DNA of 43,056 nucleotides, taken from the NCBI RefSeq assembly GCF_001194135.2, contig NC_069007.1:12435977-12479032 (forward strand), written 5' to 3'. Positions 36,993-43,056 of this stretch are shown here, one piece after another. The notes under the pieces were generated by a model. It had not been told where the DNA came from, made no database searches, and saw only the letters and a list, made by a program, of their open reading frames with translations. Position 1 is the stretch's first letter. The number at the start of each line of letters is the position of its first letter. This DNA comes from Octopus bimaculoides (Eukaryota). Position numbers and translations under genes: made by a program.

Positions 36993-37424
36993 NNNNNNNN
37001 NNNNNNNNNNNNNNNNNNNNNNNNNNNNNNNNNNNNNNNNNNNNNNNNNNNNNNNNNNNNNNNNNNNNNNNNNNNNNNNNNNNNNNNNNNNNNNNNNNNN
37101 NNNNNNNNNNNNNNNNNNNNNNNNNNNNNNNNNNNNNNNNNNNNNNNNNNNNNNNNNNNNNNNNNNNNNNNNNNNNNNNNNNNNNNNNNNNNNNNNNNNN
37201 NNNNNNNNNNNNNNNNNNNNNNNNNNNNNNNNNNNNNNNNNNNNNNNNNNNNNNNNNNNNNNNNNNNNNNNNNNNNNNNNNNNNNNNNNNNNNNNNNNNN
37301 NNNNNNNNNNNNNNNNNNNNNNNNNNNNNNNNNNNNNNNNNNNNNNNNNNNNNNNNNNNNNNNNNNNNNNNNNNNNNNNNNNNNNNNNNNNNNNTGTGTG
37401 TGCGTGTGTATATATATATATATA

Positions 37425-37471
<47 letters not shown>

Positions 37472-37543
37472 AATATATTTTGCTTAGGCATTGCGATACT
37501 AATAACCTGGTGTAGAACTCAATATATTGCGCTTCATGTTTCA

Positions 37544-37624
37544 GGTTCTGATGAAACTGTAAAGGGTTATTCAGTCATTCAACTGTGAGTCCATTACGGC
37601 TTACAGTGGAAACGGCTGTAAGCT
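37544..37624 (+). ncRNA. Type I hammerhead ribozyme motif, dimeric type with long loop II
   Basis: GGTT-CTGATGA-A-ACTGTAA(38 nt)TTACAGT-G-GAA-ACGGCTGT-A-AGCT. Stem II is 7 bp and perfect, stem III is near-palindromic, the GUA triplet ends at 37620, and stem I is 4 bp with two G-U pairs. Confidence 0.62.
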
Positions 37625-37925
37625 AATGAAGTTCATAAGATAATCATTTATTTCTTTGTCATCTCTGTTCTTATATTGAATACACACACACACATACACA
37701 CATATATATTTAAAATATATACGTATAAATTCCATCTTCTGTCTTCCATTTGCCATATATAAATATATATAGGTATATATATATATACATACAGACACAC
37801 ACACACACACACATATATTGAATATATATATTTTGAATAAATATATATATATACATATATGTACATATAAAATTTATCACATGGAAAATTTCTTGAGTTT
37901 TTTTTTTATACATATATATATGTTG

Positions 37926-38005
<80 letters not shown>

Positions 38006-38419
38006 ATGACTATATATATATAGGTAGATAGATGCATACATACATACACACACACACCATACGTAACATATATATAGTTACAAATACATTATAAAATGAT
38101 GGATGAATTAGATGGATGAATGACGAACCAGTGAGATGAACAGATAGACAAACAGACAGATGATAGGTAGACAGCAAAAGACTGATAGAGTGACAGATAG
38201 AAAATATAGAGATGTATTAGAGAGAGAGGTGGGGGAGTGGAGAGGGTGTAGGGTTATGAGATGAGGGAGATGAGATTCTGAAGCATTTGTTAATCCAATA
38301 TGGATATTTACCATTGTCTGGAGACAAACAGAAATGATGCTGGCGGAACAAAAGAAGATAAAGGTTTCTTGGGCAATAACTATTATTCTTCCAAAGTCGA
38401 TCACGAATTTGTGTCAGTG

Positions 38420-38451
<32 letters not shown>

Positions 38452-38459
38452 AGGAATAG

Positions 38460-38521
<62 letters not shown>

Positions 38522-38568
38522 GCAGCAGNNNNNNNNNNTCATCAATATTATTATTATTATTATTATTA

Positions 38569-38765
38569 AGGTGGCAAGCTGGCAGAATCGTTAGCACGCC
38601 GGGCAAAATGCATAGCGGTATTTCGTCCATCTTCATGTTCTGAGTTCAAATTCCACCAAGGTCGACTTTCAGGATCAGTAAAATTAGTACAAGTTAAGCA
38701 CTAGCATTGATGTAATCAACTAGCCCCAAAGAATTTCAGGCTTTGCACCTATAGTACAAAGGATT
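38569..38765 (+). mobile_element. Family A SINE
   Basis: AAGGTGGCAAGCTGGCAGAATCGTTAGC...GAAAGG-like end, flanked by (ATT)n on both sides. Confidence 0.75.
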
Positions 38766-38875
38766 ATTATTATTATTATCATTTTTATTAGCATCTTCTT
38801 TCAGTTCTGTTTCCATTTCTTGCAAAGTGTCTTATCATCATCATTATTATTATTATCATTATCATTATTATTATT

Positions 38876-39490
38876 ATTGAGTGAGAGAGCAGCGCATGCC
38901 ATCAAAGTGACACTGGGGTAAAATATACAAAGCCCAATATACCCATCATGACTACCCGTCTGATAAGGGTACACCAGGCACATGCATCACAACCATATGT
39001 TTATCAAGATAAACAGCGCATGACCTTGCAGGTGGGGCCCAGTTAGAATTATTGTTCAGGTCGAGTAGCCCACCACGCTCAAAAGGTCCCTGAATAAGGT
39101 TTGTCTAAGGATGTTGAGCAAAACACCCATGTTTCCAGAGGCAAATTATCCAAACCCCGAAGAATCCCTCTCAGCACATGGCTATGATGCTCCCCCACTA
39201 CTTCTGCTCATGATCAGAGATGCACATATCATCAGCCACTAAGGGACATGCTCAACTGGTTAAGGTCAAACAACTGACAAGCAAATCTGTGGTATTGAGC
39301 AGAATATTTGTTGTCACCCATCTTTTATACCAAGAAAAAACNNNNNNNNNNTGACAAGCAAATCTGTGGTATTGAGCAGAATATTTGTTGTCACCCATCT
39401 TTTATACCAAGAAAAAACAATGTACATGATAACACTTCCAATCAGTTTAGATCAGAAGCCATGAGAGCCATTGCCTGGTACTGCATCAGG
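38876..39490 (-). mobile_element. Repeat family D (probable non-LTR retroposon with (AAT)n tail)
   Basis: TTATTGAGTGAGAGAGCAGCGCATGCCATCAAAGTGACACTGGGG..., with homologous copies at 23563-24030 and 2577-2695. Confidence 0.65.
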
Positions 39491-39492
39491 GC

Positions 39493-39525
<33 letters not shown>

Positions 39526-39526
39526 G

Positions 39527-39718
39527 ATCATGCCAGGTAAAATGCTAAGAGTTATTTTGTCCGTCCTTATGTTCTGAATTCAAATTCTGCCAAGGTCAGC
39601 TTTACCTTTTATCCTTTTGGAGTTGATGAAATTAGTAACAGTTCAGCACTGGAGTCGATGTAATCGACTAGTCCCCTCCCCCACAGTTTCAGGCCTTGTG
39701 TTTATAGTAGAAAGGGTT
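39527..39718 (+). mobile_element. Family A SINE, 5'-degenerate
   Basis: Body CCTTTTATCCTTTTGGAGTTGATGAAATTAGTAACAG and end TAGTAGAAAGGG followed by (ATT)n. Confidence 0.65.
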
Positions 39719-39722
39719 ATTA

Positions 39723-39729
<7 letters not shown>

Positions 39730-39756
<27 letters not shown>

Positions 39757-40917
39757 CATTATTGTTGCCTTTGCACAGCTTCTAACAGTTGTTCGCTACC
39801 AGCGAACTAAGATAGCACCTCTTATTTTTTGAGCACAACTTGTAGTGGTTTTGGGCAAGTCTAGGGCATTCGTTCGTGCTATGGGCAATGGTTTCAGCCA
39901 CTCTATCGCAGATGCTGCACAGCAGAGGCACTTACTCATTCCTCAGATTGACCCTCCAGTTCGTGGCCAGATCTTGGTCCTCCGCTGCCATTATAGTGCT
40001 CTCAGCCTCTTGTTTTAGGGTTCCTTTCATCAGCCAATTCCACCTATTTTTTCCAGCAACTTCTGTTGTAGCTACATGGAATTGATTGATTCTTACATAC
40101 TTCTTCCTTTGTTTTCCTTCTTTTCTCTGCTCTCAATGCTCCCTCGTTCCTAACTGTCACTAGCAAGGTTTCCTTACTTTGGACTAGGTATCTCATTAAG
40201 CTCTTGACTTCGATACGCACGCAGTCTTCCACACTTATCAATCCTCTTCCTCCACTTGCTCTCTTCATGTATAGGCGATCAGTGTCTGCACACAGATGAT
40301 GGGCTCCATGCATCATTAGGAGCTTTCTTGACTTCCTGTCCATCTCTTTTAGTTCCTCCTCTGTCCACTTCAGAATTCCAGCACCAATCCAAACTGCACA
40401 CAAGTTTATTGCCAATATTATGTTTCTGGCATTCATCTTTGAAACCAATATTTTTCTCACTCACCACAGGTACTCACTTTCCTTATGTCGTAGTATTTGA
40501 TTCCATCTGCCTCAAGTATTCCCAGGTATTTATAGCTGGATCAAGGTTCAATTGCCCTCATCATTTCACCACTTGGCAACCCTATGCCTTCTCTCCTGGC
40601 AAGCTTTCCTCATCTCATCACCATCATGGCACATTTTGAGAGTTCAAACTCCATCATTGGAGAAGATCCACACAGACTGGACTAGGCTGTCCAGTTCTGC
40701 CTCAGTTTTTGTGAATAGCTTCAGGTCATCCATGCATAGCAAGTGGTTTAGTTTTCCCTTACCTCTTCCCAGATCATACCCCAGCTTTGTCTGCTGTAAT
40801 ATTTCACTCAAGGATATCATTTCCAGCACATTTGCTCTACGCAGACATATTATACCTTTTTGGAATCAGGATGATCCCAGGATTGAAAATCTGCCTTTCA
40901 TTTGGAACCTGATTTAA
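39730..40917 (-). mobile_element. 5'-truncated, decayed R4/Dong-clade non-LTR retrotransposon
   Basis: Contains an RT motif LNHLLCMDDLKLF, thumb/linker KWTEEELKEMDRKSRKLLMMHGAHH..DRLYMKRASGGRGL, and LKQEAESTIMAAEDQ..CSICDRVAETIAHSTNECP (CCHC knuckle). It has stops and frameshifts and ends in (AAT)n on its sense strand. Confidence 0.85.
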
Positions 40918-41341
40918 AAGCATTTGGGTTGCTATTTCTAGCAGCTAAAGCTTGGCTGATCATGCCATCTTGGTTGGTATTTGTCAGATGACGTCAGAGA
41001 TCAAGAAGGAGATAAATGACATTCACTTCGTTAATTTTACATTAAGATAAGAACTTTGGGACAAATTAACCAACAGTTAGAATTCAACTTGAGACTGGAA
41101 CAATAGAATGATTGCATTGCAGAATTAATTCTCGTCCGTCCTTAACCTCTGAACTAACACCACCAGGGTATATAATCATTATAGACATGTTATAGTCATA
41201 CTGTTTAGCTCTCTTTAGATTTGAACCACAGACCCAATTAGCCCAACACAGGAGCTAACTTAAAAGTCCATATGGAGTGCAGCTTTTAAGCCAGTATTAT
41301 GTATAACTAACCATTTGCTTTTATAGTAAATCCTAACTTAA

Positions 41342-41556
41342 CCCTTTAACATTCAGATTACTTTTTCAAATGTAATCCTTATTCACTTTGTTTTGTATTA
41401 ATCATACGTTATCTCATAACTTTGAGATTTTGATTACAGGACTGTTAATTTTTTTTAATGCATGTACAGTAGGTGTGAAAGGTTGGATATCGCCAGTTTC
41501 AGCATGACACAGGTAGAATATTTGGGCTGGATATGGCCAGTTTAAATGCTAAATGA
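41342..41556 (+). mobile_element. piggyBac-type MITE, same family as 30727-31049
   Basis: TTAA|CCCTTTAACATT ... AATGCTAAATGA|TTAA, with internal similarity to the 30727 copy. Confidence 0.65.
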
Positions 41557-42259
41557 TTAATATTACCTCACTTTTTACTGAAAAGTGTTGTGATTTTTAT
41601 AAAGAAACCTTGTGTCTCCATGCAATTTTCAGGCTCTGAGATTATAAGTGAGTTAATAATAAACACTTATGTAGATTCCTTGTTATGTTATATGTTTTTA
41701 TACTGTAACCCTAAAAACGAGGCGATACATCCACAGCTAGACTGTCTTTGATCCTACATCTGTCCAGTTAGAGCTGAACCAGGGGTTAAACAACAACTAC
41801 AACTAAACAACAATATGCCACCAAGAATGGCATCAAAGCCATTACAACTGACCGACAAAATTGGCTTCAACAAGCTGCAGCAGTGATTGCTATGAGATGA
41901 CTTAAATGAATTAAGGAGAAACACAAAGATTGATTAAAACACTAATTAACTTCATTAAAGATTGCAGTAATTAAACTGAAGAATTGAAGAACCCAAGTAG
42001 CTGCAGAATATTATCCAACCCTGAAGATTTCTTCAACACTGGTGCTTAGTTACCATTATGTGCTGATAATGTCTGAGAGAAATTCTTCTGCCATAGTTGC
42101 TAGGATAGAGCAATGATCAGAATCATTAAAGTCCCTTGTAGTATTCGTTCTAGTTGTTTATATTCTTAGTTCAATTCCCACTGTCATTGTTTTTACCTTT
42201 CATCCTTTTGCAGTCAATAACTGAAACAGCTGTTAAGCACTGAACAAGTTCCTTTGATT

Positions 42260-42320
<61 letters not shown>

Positions 42321-42602
42321 TCTCTCTCCCTCTCTCTCTCTCTCCCCCTCTCTCTCTCTCTCAAATCCCCAACCACTTGTGGATACCCAATAACTGATGG
42401 AGTGTCACTCCTATGAAAGGAGTCTGTGCTACACCAAAGTAGGATAAACACTAAGAAATGAAAACCAATATCAGTCATTGAATTAGTATTTTCTTCCACT
42501 CTTGACAACAATTAACTAATGAATTATTAATTAGATTGTTTTTACTTCATAAAGCATTATGATGGCATTAGATATTGATACCAGGCCATTTTGCATTGTT
42601 GC

Positions 42603-42640
<38 letters not shown>

Positions 42641-42641
<1 letters not shown>

Positions 42642-42855
42642 GATAACAAGCTGACAGAATCATTAGCACACTAGATGAAATGCTTAGCGGTATTTCACTC
42701 ATCGTTACATTCTGAGTTCAACTTCCACCGAGGTCAACTTTGCCTTTCATCCTTTCGGGGTCAATAAATTGAGTACCAGTGAAACACTGGGGTTGATGTA
42801 ATCAACTAGTCCCCTCCCTGCAAATTTCAGGCCTTGTACCTTTAGCAGAGAGGAT
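42641..42855 (+). mobile_element. Family A SINE
   Basis: Full head and body, flanked by (ATT)n. Confidence 0.75.
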
Positions 42856-43056
42856 TATTATTATTATCATTATTATTTTTTTTTATCATTTTTATTTTTA
42901 TCATTATTATCATTGTTATTGTTATTATTATTATCATTATTATTATTATTATCATTATTATTTTTTTTATCATTTTTTATTTTTATCATTATTATCATTG
43001 TTATTGTTATTATTATTATCATTATTATTATTATTATCATTATTATTTTTCTTTAT

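Noticed and set aside
381-37472. Long ORFs in the track composed of X, YI, HT, CV, poly-S/D/M
   Set aside because: These are artefacts of N-gaps and di-/tri-/tetranucleotide microsatellites.
39015-39085. Possible HDV-like ribozyme in repeat family D
   Set aside because: I could not build a 7-bp P1 with a P1.1 GG and a closing P2 on either strand.
23283-43056. Next Syt7 exon (C2B start, GELLLSLCY-like) or preceding C2A exon
   Set aside because: Not found by eye in the called sequence on either side. It may lie in gaps or outside the window.

Overview
Gapped, AT-rich animal genomic DNA with about 20 N-runs, dense in microsatellites and tRNA-derived SINEs. The repeat families look like octopus (coleoid cephalopod) repeats, though the taxon is an inference. 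I found one host coding exon, 23113-23282 (+), which encodes the second half of a synaptotagmin-7-like C2A domain. The rest is probably intron of that gene, and other exons may lie in the gaps or outside the window. Transposon content includes a decayed DD37D/maT mariner, R4/Dong-type and RTE-type LINE fragments, TTAA (piggyBac-type) MITEs, a Helentron-type non-autonomous element and a hAT-like MITE. The most interesting signal is a set of six type I hammerhead ribozyme motifs read by eye (four good, two degenerate), all with palindromic or near-palindromic stem III, i.e. dimer type. Three share a core variant with an unpaired purine on each side of stem II. One lies downstream of a tRNA-like Pol III head in what looks like a SINE/retrozyme composite. 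No searches or folding programs were run, and repeat boundaries are approximate.
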